Below, piece after piece: positions 8,729-17,661 of a stretch of 64,000 nucleotides of DNA. The position numbers and the translations under genes are program-made. The stretch comes from a virus. Where the stretch lies: positions 4,759 through 68,758 of the IMG/VR virus record IMGVR_UViG_3300028786_000009; one strand, given 5' to 3'. Within the stretch, counting starts at the first letter, position 1. Each line of letters opens with the position of its first letter. The notes under the pieces are model-generated. The model did not search any database. It was not told where the DNA came from and was given only the letters and a program-made list of their open reading frames with translations.

Positions 8729-8891
8729 GCTAGAAGGCCCCGAAACTCAGGCGACCTCGCGGGGTCCTCAAGTGCGTAAAAAGCACCCTCGAAGTAAGCG
8801 GGAACGCGGTTGCAACCGCACGAAAACGGCCTGTTAGGTGGTCCAGTCGAGTTAGGATGTTTGCACTTTTGCAAACACAGATGGAACACGC

Positions 8892-10121
8892 ATGGCTAGC
8901 ATTCGGCAGATCAAGTCGACCGGGAAATGGGAGGCCGCATTTCAGGCCAAGGACCTGTTCGTGGGCAGGAAGACGATCAACTTCCCGACCGAGCGCGAGT
9001 GCAGGCTGCGCGCCGCCCAGATCCAGGATCAGCTCGACATGGGCCTGGTGCCCAAGGAGCTGGCAGACGGACCCAAGGCGCCGGCCGAGCGCGCCCAGCT
9101 TCGTTCAGTGATCAACGAGTATCTGGCCGAGGGGCGCGCGCCATCGACCGACACGACACTGACGCTCGTGGCCGAGGAGGTCGGCCATATTCCCTTGGCC
9201 GCCTTGAACACCGAATGGCTGGATTCGTATATCCGCCAGCTCAAGGTCGACGCGAAGCACAACCTGGCGCCAGGCACGATTCGCAAGCGCGTGGGCGCCC
9301 TCAAGCGTGCCTATATGTGGTTCGTGCGCAAGCACCAGGACTACAACCTGCCCAACCCATTCCAGCACCTGGACGACGCGTATTCGACCTATAACGACAC
9401 CGACGCGGAGCTGGCCGAGCGCAATGGCGGCGATGCGCGAATCGATGTCGAGCGCAACCGGCGCTTGCACCCGGGCGAATACGAGCGAGTGGTGGCCGCC
9501 CTGTCGGGCGTGAAGCGTGAGGACCGGGAGCGCGCGCTGAAAGACGAAGACGGCGCGCTGCTGATGCTGTTTCAGCTCATCGTGTGGACCGGGGCGCGCC
9601 TGATCGAGGCTTACACGATGAACGTCGGCCAGGTGGACCTAGAGCGCCGCTCGGTCACCTTCAAGACATCCAAGCAGCGCAAGAAGCGCACGAAGCGCTC
9701 GCCGCCGCTGACGCGCACCGTGCCGATCCGCCCGGAGCTGATGGGCGCACTGAGCGACTGGATGCGCAAGCGCCAGGCCGCCGGCTCGCTGCTCGTCTTC
9801 CCCTTCTGGGACGGCAGCGCCGACACCCTGCGCAAGACCACCGGCAAGCTGTCGCAGCGCTTCGCCAGCACATTCGCCTACGCCGGGCTGGAAGACATCA
9901 CCGAGCACGACCTGCGCCACGAGGCGTGCTGCCGCTGGTACGAAATGCGCAACGCCTCGGGCGGCTGGCTGTTTCGCACCGAGCAGATCCCCACGCTGAT
10001 GGGCTGGGGGCCGGGCTCGCCGATGCCCGAGCGCTACGCGTCCTTCCGCGGTGAGGACATGGCGGCGGAGATGTACCGGGACATGGCGCCTATCTATCAA
10101 ATTACCCGAAACGCGGGTTGA
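8892..10121 (+). CDS. int: Tyrosine recombinase / phage integrase
   Basis: TGARLIE (R), HDLRHEA (H-x-x-R), MPERY (Y). Confidence 0.92.
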   Translation: MASIRQIKSTGKWEAAFQAKDLFVGRKTINFPTERECRLRAAQIQDQLDMGLVPKELADGPKAPAERAQLRSVINEYLAEGRAPSTDTTLTLVAEEVGHIPLAALNTEWLDSYIRQLKVDAKHNLAPGTIRKRVGALKRAYMWFVRKHQDYNLPNPFQHLDDAYSTYNDTDAELAERNGGDARIDVERNRRLHPGEYERVVAALSGVKREDRERALKDEDGALLMLFQLIVWTGARLIEAYTMNVGQVDLERRSVTFKTSKQRKKRTKRSPPLTRTVPIRPELMGALSDWMRKRQAAGSLLVFPFWDGSADTLRKTTGKLSQRFASTFAYAGLEDITEHDLRHEACCRWYEMRNASGGWLFRTEQIPTLMGWGPGSPMPERYASFRGEDMAAEMYRDMAPIYQITRNAG

Positions 10122-10146
10122 CGCGCGTGTTGACGCGTAATACGCT
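10118..10146 (+). promoter_or_regulatory. Sigma70-like promoter for the XRE gene
   Basis: TTGACG-N17-TACGCT. Confidence 0.5.
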
Positions 10147-10177
10147 GTACGTGTTTTCCAACATAGGACGTGTGTAA

Positions 10178-11272
10178 ATGACTACCCCGATCAACAATCT
10201 GCGCAAGCTGCGCGACGGCCGCCACTTGACTCAGGCCGACCTTGCCCAGCAGCTCGGCACGACTCAACAGACCATCGGGCGTTGGGAAACTGGCAAGAAC
10301 GAGCCGAACTTCTCGGCGCTGCGCGACATGGCGATCATCTTCGGCACGAGCGTCGACGATCTGCTCGGGCACAACCCGATGTCAGACAAGCTGGAGACGG
10401 CCTCGCCGAGGTACAACAACTTCGATACGGAAAGCGGGTTCTGGGGCCACGTTGGCGTGAAGCTGCCCACGGCGACGCACAGTCGCTGGTATCCGATCAC
10501 CCTGGAGGTTGCCAACAGGATCGGGCACAGCATGCGCCGTGCGACCCGCGACGAGCCGTGGATCACCTTCCACACCCTGAACAACCGGGTGCTTCTCGTC
10601 AATGCCTTGGCGGTGCACAAGGTATGGACCCTCACCGACGACGCCGACGAGGCGTTTGGCGATTGGGAGCTGGGCCAGCTCGACTACGCCGGCTATCCGG
10701 CCGAGGTGTATCGGTGCCTGCACGACTACCTCGATGGGGGCCTGGACGAAGCCGAAACCGAGTATTCGCAAGGCTTCAAGGACACCCTCGCCGCCATCGT
10801 GGCCGAGGACGACTGGGACAGCGCAAACGTCTACGAGCGGCTGCTGGAAACCCACGTGCACTACGTGAGCGGCGGGGTCGACTCTCGGTACATCGACAAC
10901 GTCGGGCCTGCTGAGCTTCTCGAAGACGTGCAACTGAACCCAGGGCTCGCGATGTTCGCGATTCCCGCGTCGGATCTGGGCTTTCACATCTACGTGCCGT
11001 CGGCGACGGTGGTGATGATCGACATGCCGCTGCACTTGGTCGTGCAGCATGCCACCGAGTTAAGGCAGGAGTACCTGCAAGACGTGTCGCAAGTCGAAAG
11101 CCTGGCCGCGGTCAAGAAGGCGATGGCCGTTACCGCTCGGGTCAAACGTTTGCCGGGCCGCCCGCGCAAGCACGATGCCGACGCTAGTCCTTCGGCAGCG
11201 GCCCCAGCGACGATTCCAGCGACGCCGCCCGAGTCTGCCGACGCGGGGGAACCACCGCCATCAGCGACTTAG
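10178..11272 (+). CDS. XRE-family HTH regulator with a large C-terminal domain (candidate repressor)
   Basis: LRKLR...LTQADLAQQLGTTQQTIGRWETGKNEP; C-terminal GRPRK (AT-hook-like). Confidence 0.85.
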   Translation: MTTPINNLRKLRDGRHLTQADLAQQLGTTQQTIGRWETGKNEPNFSALRDMAIIFGTSVDDLLGHNPMSDKLETASPRYNNFDTESGFWGHVGVKLPTATHSRWYPITLEVANRIGHSMRRATRDEPWITFHTLNNRVLLVNALAVHKVWTLTDDADEAFGDWELGQLDYAGYPAEVYRCLHDYLDGGLDEAETEYSQGFKDTLAAIVAEDDWDSANVYERLLETHVHYVSGGVDSRYIDNVGPAELLEDVQLNPGLAMFAIPASDLGFHIYVPSATVVMIDMPLHLVVQHATELRQEYLQDVSQVESLAAVKKAMAVTARVKRLPGRPRKHDADASPSAAAPATIPATPPESADAGEPPPSAT

Positions 11273-11474
11273 GACCCGGCGCAACGGGCCGGTCCTTCAT
11301 GTTCTTGCGCCCGCACACGGCGATCGTTTGGATCAGCTCGCTGCGCGCGTAGACCCAGCCGCGGCCGAACTTCACACCGGGCAGCTCGCCCGCCCGGGTG
11401 CGGTTTTCAACCGTCGCCACATCACAGTGCAATAGGTCGGCCACCTGCTCGGCGGTGAGGATGTCGGCATCCAC
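11184..11474 (-). CDS. Excisionase-like HTH (HTH_17) protein
   Basis: ILTAEQVADLL...RAGELPGVKFGRGW. Confidence 0.8.
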   Translation of the reverse strand: MDADILTAEQVADLLHCDVATVENRTRAGELPGVKFGRGWVYARSELIQTIAVCGRKNMKDRPVAPGPKSLMAVVPPRRQTRAASLESSLGPLPKD

Positions 11475-11483
11475 GATCAGCTC

Positions 11484-11840
11484 CTAGTTCAACGTCTTCG
11501 CCTTGGCCGCCGCGTAGTGTTCCTCGCAGCAGAACCCCTGGCCCATCCAGCCGATGTGGCTGGGCCGCCCGCAGGCGCAGCGCGGGCACAGGTTGTTCGG
11601 GCTGTGCTCGTTGAACCACATCTGCGCCTCGCGCCCGTACGGCGCGTCCGCGTCGGGCAGCAGGCCCGGCCCCGCGAGCGTGTTGACCACCCATTGCAGC
11701 GCGGCATCGGCGCCGCGCCCGTGCTTCCACTCGATCAGCACCGCCTGCATCACCACCAGCAGCTCCTCCATGCTCTTGGTGCGCTCGCCCAGCAGCCGCT
11801 CGACCTGCTGGACCCGGGTTTCCTCGGCTGGCTTAGGCAT
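11484..11840 (-). CDS. Hypothetical protein with C-terminal Cys cluster
   Basis: GGAGG SD; CPRCACG...FCC. Confidence 0.65.
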   Translation of the reverse strand: MPKPAEETRVQQVERLLGERTKSMEELLVVMQAVLIEWKHGRGADAALQWVVNTLAGPGLLPDADAPYGREAQMWFNEHSPNNLCPRCACGRPSHIGWMGQGFCCEEHYAAAKAKTLN

Positions 11841-12507
11841 TGGCGGCCTCCGGTCTGATGTCGCGCTCGACGATGCGCTTGAGCGCGGCCACCTGCTCGC
11901 CCACGAGCAGCGCGTCGGTGGCCGACTCGCACAGGTCCAGCAGCAGCGGCACGCCCGAGTCGATCGACAAGGTCACCTCCTCGAGGGTGGCGGGGCGGCC
12001 CTGCGAGAACCAGCGCGTGCGCAGCGGCGCGCCCATCTGAAACAGCACGCCGGGCTGGCCGTACTGCGCCGAGTAGGCCCGCACCTTGCCGGTGATCCAC
12101 ACGCACACGCAGCCCGGGTTGCGCTCGATCATGTGGCCGGCCGGCATGCGCAGCGGCTTGTCGGGCAGGCCAGCGTCGCGCCGGTGCGCGTGCGGGCGCG
12201 ACAGGAACGGGCAGGCGCTGGCCGCGTACGCCGCGCACTCCTCGTGCGAGGGCGGCTCGCTGTTGGTCCTGGTCACGCCGCACATCGGGCCGATGCAAAA
12301 CGCCAGCTCGCGCGCCAGCGGCAGGCCGCAGATCCAGCACCGGCCGTGCTTGATGCACGCGTCCATGGCGCGGGGCTCGACGACGCGGTGGTCGGGCTCG
12401 CCGTTGATGCGCGCTACGAAGTAGGGGACCGGGAAGCCGCGCTTGTCGATCGGCAGGTGGCGCATCTTCAACGGCAGCGGCGGCAGGCCCTCGCGCAGCG
12501 TGCTCAT
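11833..12507 (-). CDS. Cys/His (Zn-binding) phage protein, paralog of 6631-7167
   Basis: RGFPVPYF...CWICG...EPPSHEECAAYAASACPFL. Confidence 0.75.
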   Translation of the reverse strand: MSTLREGLPPLPLKMRHLPIDKRGFPVPYFVARINGEPDHRVVEPRAMDACIKHGRCWICGLPLARELAFCIGPMCGVTRTNSEPPSHEECAAYAASACPFLSRPHAHRRDAGLPDKPLRMPAGHMIERNPGCVCVWITGKVRAYSAQYGQPGVLFQMGAPLRTRWFSQGRPATLEEVTLSIDSGVPLLLDLCESATDALLVGEQVAALKRIVERDIRPEAANA

Positions 12508-12746
12508 ATCGGGGCTCCGATCCACGCGCTGTCGAGCAGCACCCGGTTGAGCTGGTCGCGCAGGCCCAGCAGGTGGCCGCGCAGCGCGTTGTCCTGGCGC
12601 GCGAAGTCGACGACGACGCTGCGCAGCTCGGGCTTCGTCAGGCCGCCGTGCAGCATGCCCAGGATGGTGGTCAGCTCCAGCGCCTTGTAGAACTCCTTTT
12701 CCGCCTCGTCCAGCGATAGCCGGGGCTTGTCGGATCTTTCGGTCAT
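12504..12746 (-). CDS. Hypothetical protein
   Basis: GGAGGAG SD; coupled. Confidence 0.55.
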   Translation of the reverse strand: MTERSDKPRLSLDEAEKEFYKALELTTILGMLHGGLTKPELRSVVVDFARQDNALRGHLLGLRDQLNRVLLDSAWIGAPI

Positions 12747-13360
12747 CTCAGCTCCTCCAGTGCCCGGTCGCGGGCCACGTTGATCTCGGCCAGGCGCTTG
12801 GTGTCGCCGCCGCGATCAGGATGGTGCAAGCCGCTCAGCTTGCGGTGAGCCAGGCGCACCTCCTCGGCGGTGGCGCGGCGCTCGAGGCCGAGCACCTGCC
12901 ACCACGGCAGCTCGTCGGCGGCGGGTGCGGGTAAGGCCAGGAAGCCGGTGAACGCGCGCTCCAGGATCACCGCCCCGCCGTGGCGCTCGATCGCGCGCAT
13001 CGCCTCCAGGGTGGCCGCCACCGCCGCCAGGTTGTCGCCGGTGCGCTCGTAGTGGTCGACCGCCATCACGCGCGGCGTGTCGCGGAAGGCGTCGCGCCAG
13101 TAGACCGCCACGCCGGTGTCGTCGGGCTCGGGATCGCCGCTGCGCGGCAGGCCGTCCAGGCGCAGCCGGGTGTTGGTGGAGATCACCACCTCCTGCCGGT
13201 CGACCGCCAGGCGCTCGAGCTCGAGCAGCACGCGCGTGCAGCCCTCGTGGACCGTCACGTAGGCGCTCTTGCCGCGGAACTTGCCGCTGCGCCGCGCGCT
13301 CGCCGGGGTGCGCTTCCAGCCGATCGGCCAGGCCAGCGGGTAGGCGTTGATCGTGGTCAT
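12743..13360 (-). CDS. Phage J-domain (DnaJ-like) protein
   Basis: AYPLAWP.GW.RT N-terminus; WWQVLG...HHPDRGG J-domain. Confidence 0.85.
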   Translation of the reverse strand: MTTINAYPLAWPIGWKRTPASARRSGKFRGKSAYVTVHEGCTRVLLELERLAVDRQEVVISTNTRLRLDGLPRSGDPEPDDTGVAVYWRDAFRDTPRVMAVDHYERTGDNLAAVAATLEAMRAIERHGGAVILERAFTGFLALPAPAADELPWWQVLGLERRATAEEVRLAHRKLSGLHHPDRGGDTKRLAEINVARDRALEELR

Positions 13361-13479
13361 GCCGGCTTGTCCAGCAGCGCCAGCAGGTGGCGGATACGGA
13401 TCATCGCCAGGTACAGGATCAGGCTGCGCCGCTCCTCGGCGGTCAGGCCATGCTCGCGAAAGAGTTCGTCGAATGTCAT
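13357..13479 (-). CDS. Small hypothetical protein (40 aa)
   Basis: MTFDELFREHGLTAEERR...; ATGA-coupled on both sides; not in the ORF track. Confidence 0.5.
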   Translation of the reverse strand: MTFDELFREHGLTAEERRSLILYLAMIRIRHLLALLDKPA

Positions 13480-13652
13480 GGCAGGCTTTCCGGTTTCGCG
13501 CTCTCGCTGCGATTAGGCGAAAGGGCGCGCTCCAGCACGTCTTCGAGATCGCCGCTGTCGCGGCAGTCCTCGCAGTAGCCGCACAGGCGCTCGGCATCGA
13601 ACAGCTCGCCGCCGCACAGGTCGCAGTGGGTGTACAGGGCGGGCTCGCTCAT
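13476..13652 (-). CDS. Small Zn-finger protein (58 aa)
   Basis: MSEPALYTHCDLCGG...CGYCEDC; coupled. Confidence 0.5.
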   Translation of the reverse strand: MSEPALYTHCDLCGGELFDAERLCGYCEDCRDSGDLEDVLERALSPNRSESAKPESLP

Positions 13653-14137
13653 CGCAGCTCTCCTGGGATCGGATCACGCAGGTTCCAGCGCTGGGCCGCG
13701 ATCTCGGGGCGCAACGCCGCAACTTCGGTGGTGGCCACGCCGCACGAGTCGCACGACACGCGCCAGGCGCGGTAGCCCAGACTCAGGCGGGCGCGACCGC
13801 AGCAAAACGGGCAGCGCTCCAGCGCCAGCGGCGGCGCCGGGTACGGCGTGACCTGGTCGTCCCATTGGACCTTGCGCGGCGGCCCGATCACCTCCGGGTC
13901 GTCGTCGATCCACACGTCCACGATGAAGCCGTCCAGCGCCGCAGCGTGGCGCTTGTACAGGTTGCCCGCGAGCACCAGCGGCACGTCGCGCATCAGGCGC
14001 GCCGGCGGCTGCGGTGGCTCGGTACGCCCGGTCACGCACACGAACGTGTGGCCGTGCAGCCGGCCGGCGTCGATCACGCTGTCCCAGAACTGCGGGTCGA
14101 CGGTGTAGGTCAGGTCGTAGTCGATGGCGATCAGCAC
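13649..14137 (-). CDS. HAD-like domain fused to a Lar-like Zn ribbon
   Basis: IAIDYDLT...VTGR...WIDDDP, then CPFC...CDSC...AAQRWN. Confidence 0.7.
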   Translation of the reverse strand: MLIAIDYDLTYTVDPQFWDSVIDAGRLHGHTFVCVTGRTEPPQPPARLMRDVPLVLAGNLYKRHAAALDGFIVDVWIDDDPEVIGPPRKVQWDDQVTPYPAPPLALERCPFCCGRARLSLGYRAWRVSCDSCGVATTEVAALRPEIAAQRWNLRDPIPGELR

Positions 14138-14152
14138 GGCGTGCTCCTGGGC

Positions 14153-14368
14153 TCACTCGCCGGCGCGGCGCGCGTAGCGCATCAGCGTTGCTGCCACCTC
14201 GAAGGCTTGCAGCGGCGTCAGCTCGATTCGGCCATCGTCGTCGGCACCAGGCAGGCGCATGGCGACGCGACCTGGCTCGATCAGGCCGATCTCGACCAGG
14301 GCCTTGGAAGTGCGCGGGGCCAGCTTGGACGGGCCGGCAGGGGCGGCGGCGATCGGATCAATGCTCAT
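14153..14368 (-). CDS. Hypothetical protein
   Basis: MSIDPIAAAPAG... Confidence 0.5.
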   Translation of the reverse strand: MSIDPIAAAPAGPSKLAPRTSKALVEIGLIEPGRVAMRLPGADDDGRIELTPLQAFEVAATLMRYARRAGE

Positions 14369-14783
14369 GTGTCGGCTCGGGGAATAGGTCAAGCGTCGCG
14401 GCGCGCTGTTTACGCGTCGTGTACGCGGTCTGTTGGTGGTGCTCGCGGTCGTAGGCGAGGTGGTGCTTCTGGCACCAGGCGCGCAGGTTGCGGCGGTCGC
14501 AATTTTCGGGCCGGTGGTCCAGGTGGGCGATGGTGAGCACGATGCGGATGACGTGGTATCCGAGGTAGCACCCATCGACATCAGCCAGGTCGGCCACGGT
14601 GGCGAACTCGTCGTCGTCCTCGAGGCGCTGGAAGATGCCGCGCTCGTCGCGGTAGCCGATCCAGCCGTGGCCGATGCCGCACCCGGGCCACTCGCACTGA
14701 TAGCTGGCGCGCGCCAGCACCTCGGCGCGGATCTCGCGCCAGTCCGGGGGGTAGCGGTGTCGGTTTTCAGGCTTGATCGGCAT
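14358..14783 (-). CDS. HNH-like endonuclease-family phage protein
   Basis: MPIKPENRHRYP.DW...CE..GC...LTIAHLDH.PENC...NLRAWCQKHH. Confidence 0.8.
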   Translation of the reverse strand: MPIKPENRHRYPPDWREIRAEVLARASYQCEWPGCGIGHGWIGYRDERGIFQRLEDDDEFATVADLADVDGCYLGYHVIRIVLTIAHLDHRPENCDRRNLRAWCQKHHLAYDREHHQQTAYTTRKQRAATLDLFPEPTHEH

Positions 14784-14790
14784 GGCGTTC

Positions 14791-14991
14791 TCACGAGTCG
14801 ATCCCTTCGATCCAGAAGGAGTGATGGCAGACCATGCAGCGGTACTGGTAGTCCGTCCAGCCGCCGCACCGCGAGTCCCACACACGCTCGTGGAGCTGCG
14901 GGGCCGGGCAGTCGCAGCGCGGCTTTTCCGCGCTCGGTTGCCAGTCCCCGAACACCCCGTCGGCATCGGCCATCGGTGCGGCGTGCGTCAC
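14791..14991 (-). CDS. Small Zn-ribbon protein
   Basis: CDC...WDS.CGGW.DY.Y.C..C..S.W.EG.D. Confidence 0.55.
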   Translation of the reverse strand: MTHAAPMADADGVFGDWQPSAEKPRCDCPAPQLHERVWDSRCGGWTDYQYRCMVCHHSFWIEGIDS

Positions 14992-15353
14992 AGGTAACCC
15001 TCCAGGTCGGCGCCTTCTTCCTGGGCGAAGTCGTCGTCGGGCACCAGCACCGCATCGCCGCGGATCGGCGGCGGGTCGCTGTCGGGGTAGCACTTGCTCC
15101 AGTACAGCTCGGTGGCGTTGCGGTTGATCGGGCGCAGGTCCACTCGCATCAGGCCGATCTCGTCGCACATCAGCACGTGCAGCGGGCCTTCCCAGTGCGT
15201 CATGGCCACGGTGTCGAAGCCGCCCACGTCGCACAGCTCCATGAGCTGGAACATCGACATCGGCTTGTCCAGCGGCATCACCGTGCCGTCGGCGCGCAGC
15301 AGCAGGCGCTGGCGCTGGCCGGGCTCGCGCAGGGGTAGGGTGTGCAGCGTCAC
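14988..15353 (-). CDS. DUF3846-like protein
   Basis: CDE.G....PIN..AT.LY...IRGDAVLV. Confidence 0.6.
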   Translation of the reverse strand: MTLHTLPLREPGQRQRLLLRADGTVMPLDKPMSMFQLMELCDVGGFDTVAMTHWEGPLHVLMCDEIGLMRVDLRPINRNATELYWSKCYPDSDPPPIRGDAVLVPDDDFAQEEGADLEGYL

Positions 15354-15754
15354 GTCGTGGCCTCCAGCACCGCCTTGGCGTTCTCGTAGCACTTCTCGTA
15401 GCGTGCCGTGGCCTCGCGCCACAGGCTGGCGCTGGACAGCTCCCCCTCGGCCAGGCGCAGGGTGCGGCTGGCGTCGAAGTAGTCGCGCAGCGCCATCATC
15501 GTGCGCGCGTTGGCGCAGCGGCGCAGCACCTCGAACTCGACGCGCCGCGCCAGTTGCACCGCGGTCTGCACGTCGGGTCGCGCGGCGATGCGCTCGATCT
15601 CGTCGATGCGCAGCAGCATCTGAGGCAGCTCGCCGCGGCGCAGCTTGATGCCGGCCAGGTTATCCAGGTCGCGGTGGCCGACGCTGGTGACGGCCGCAAG
15701 CAGCTCGTCGTAGGTCGCTGGAGTTACCTCCAGCGCGGTGGCAGTGCAGGTCAT
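15350..15754 (-). CDS. Hypothetical protein
   Basis: GAGGAG SD; coupled. Confidence 0.55.
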   Translation of the reverse strand: MTCTATALEVTPATYDELLAAVTSVGHRDLDNLAGIKLRRGELPQMLLRIDEIERIAARPDVQTAVQLARRVEFEVLRRCANARTMMALRDYFDASRTLRLAEGELSSASLWREATARYEKCYENAKAVLEATT

Positions 15755-16218
15755 GGGTTCTCCTCGTTTTCTCGCATAAATCGAACGAGTGCCTCGGCCG
15801 CCTCGGTCAGGGGCGGCGTGGGCAGGCCGTTGATGGATCTGTCGTTGATGGCCATCATCAGCGCGCGGTCTGCACCGTGGCGCTTGATGGAGTAGGTGGT
15901 GCGCTTCGCAATCGGTAGACCGGTCTTCTTGTTGATCTTGGGGTTGCCGTGCTTGTCCTTGACGGTCCAGGACGTGCACACGTACAGCAGCATCGCCGTC
16001 TCGCCGCGCTTGGTGCTCGGTCGACGTTGGAACGTGATGCCTGCCAGGCCGCTCTTGTTGCCCTCGATCGTCTTGCCGGTGTTGCGCGCGCCTCCGCGCT
16101 TGCCCTTCTTCTTCAATTCATCGTCCTCGCCCCCGGTGGGGGTTTGAAACTCGATGCCGCCGTTGTGGGGTTCGGCGGTCACTGCTCCCTGGGTCCGTAC
16201 GTCGAAAGGGGTCGCCAT
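15751..16218 (-). CDS. AP2-like DNA-binding domain protein
   Basis: NKSGLAGI...W...TYSIKRHG..RA...A...R resembles the AP2 pattern. Confidence 0.5.
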   Translation of the reverse strand: MATPFDVRTQGAVTAEPHNGGIEFQTPTGGEDDELKKKGKRGGARNTGKTIEGNKSGLAGITFQRRPSTKRGETAMLLYVCTSWTVKDKHGNPKINKKTGLPIAKRTTYSIKRHGADRALMMAINDRSINGLPTPPLTEAAEALVRFMRENEENP

Positions 16219-16222
16219 CGCG

Positions 16223-16501
16223 TCACTCCGCGGCAAGGCCCCGGGCCTCCTTTTGTTCCTTGCCACAGCGTTCGAACTCGAACTTGTGGCGCACGTGCTT
16301 GTAGATGTAGCTTCCCTTGGAGCTGGCCGCTGCCAGGGCGTCGGCCGTCTCGCGCGGCACCTCCAGGTAGTGGTAGGTGCAGTCCGAGAAGTTGGTTTTG
16401 TACTCCACCGCCAGGGTGCGGCTCGCCGGGTCGTAGCCGTAGCCATGAACCTGGGTCGATTCGGGCGTCAGCGTCAGGGCGATGTTCGAAAGAGCCTTCA
16501 T
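16223..16501 (-). CDS. KTSC domain protein
   Basis: ST.V..YGYDPASRTLAVEY...YHY..VP...L.AA.SKGSY. Confidence 0.85.
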   Translation of the reverse strand: MKALSNIALTLTPESTQVHGYGYDPASRTLAVEYKTNFSDCTYHYLEVPRETADALAAASSKGSYIYKHVRHKFEFERCGKEQKEARGLAAE

Positions 16502-16529
16502 GTTCTTCTCCTCCTTGGTGGTGGGCGGG

Positions 16530-16832
16530 TCAGGCGGCGGCCGGCGGGTCGGCGGCGGGCGGTGCCGCGGCGTAGTGGTGCTTGGCCTGGCCGATCTGGT
16601 AGTCCATCCAGTAGCACTCGCCGTAGCGGGCCTCGCGCCCGTGCGCGAGCGTCACCGTCTTGGGCGTCATCGGATAGCCGATGTCGTTGACCACCGAGAT
16701 CACGATCGTGTCGTCGTCGATCACGTGCGCGATCGAGGCGTCGAAGGGCTGCGCGTGGTCGGAGCTGCGCTCGTTGGGGTACGGGCGGTAGTAGATCTTG
16801 CGCCCGACAGTGGGCGCGATGAGCTTGGTCAT
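16530..16832 (-). CDS. Hypothetical protein
   Basis: IAPTVGRKIYYRP...WM.YQ.GQA. Confidence 0.65.
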   Translation of the reverse strand: MTKLIAPTVGRKIYYRPYPNERSSDHAQPFDASIAHVIDDDTIVISVVNDIGYPMTPKTVTLAHGREARYGECYWMDYQIGQAKHHYAAAPPAADPPAAA

Positions 16833-16860
16833 TGGTGTTCTCCTGCCTAGTGCACCGCGC

Positions 16861-17634
16861 TCAATGGGGGCGCGCGGTTTGCCCGGCGGCGGGCTTGCTG
16901 GCCGCCGCCTTCTTGAGCGCCGCCGCAGCGCGCGCCTTGAAACTGTGTCCCTTGGCCTTCTTGGCGGCCACCGGCGCACCGGCCTGGTCGGCGTGGGTGG
17001 CGGCCTGCTCGCCGTGCTGCGCGGCGAAGATGTCGCCGGCCTCGGGCTGCGTCTCGGTCTGCGCGTCGCCATCGGTATCGCCGTCGCCATCGCCGTCGCC
17101 GGCGGCGTCGCCATCGCCATCGCCGTCGGCCTCGTCGCGCATCGCCGAGGGCTCGGCCATGATCTTCACGGCGTGGCCGTCCAGCTCGTCGATCAGGCCC
17201 AGCAGCTTGCCCTCCAGGCCCGACATCTGGGTGCGAAACGTGATGTCGCACCAGCCGCTGGCCAGGGGCGTGACGCGCATCTTGTTCACGTCCACGCCCC
17301 ACAGGTCGATGCAGCTTTTCTCATCACCGCGCCCGCGGTCGACCGTGAAGTGGTAGCCCAGACCCTCGAACACCAGCTTGAACGGCGGCTCGAGGCGATC
17401 GGTGCGCAGCACGGTCGTCTTCTCGGGCACGCCCTCGATCGTGGCGCTGGTCGGCAGCTCGTAGAAGCTGTGGCGCACGTCCGGGCCGAACCAGTCGTCG
17501 AGCTGCGAGTTGGGCACCGAGATCTTCCAGAACACGTCCTTGGCGTGCACGGTCTCGTCGCCGTGCTGCTCGACGCGCTTGTTGATCTTGGTCACCTGGG
17601 CGGGGGTGAACTCGGGGAGGCTGAATTGCTGCAT
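16861..17634 (-). CDS. Hypothetical protein with acidic DG-repeat tail
   Basis: 257 aa; GC3-rich codons; (DG)n low-complexity stretch. Confidence 0.65.
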   Translation of the reverse strand: MQQFSLPEFTPAQVTKINKRVEQHGDETVHAKDVFWKISVPNSQLDDWFGPDVRHSFYELPTSATIEGVPEKTTVLRTDRLEPPFKLVFEGLGYHFTVDRGRGDEKSCIDLWGVDVNKMRVTPLASGWCDITFRTQMSGLEGKLLGLIDELDGHAVKIMAEPSAMRDEADGDGDGDAAGDGDGDGDTDGDAQTETQPEAGDIFAAQHGEQAATHADQAGAPVAAKKAKGHSFKARAAAALKKAAASKPAAGQTARPH

Positions 17635-17661
17635 GGATGGCTTTCAAGGGTGGTGCGGCCT

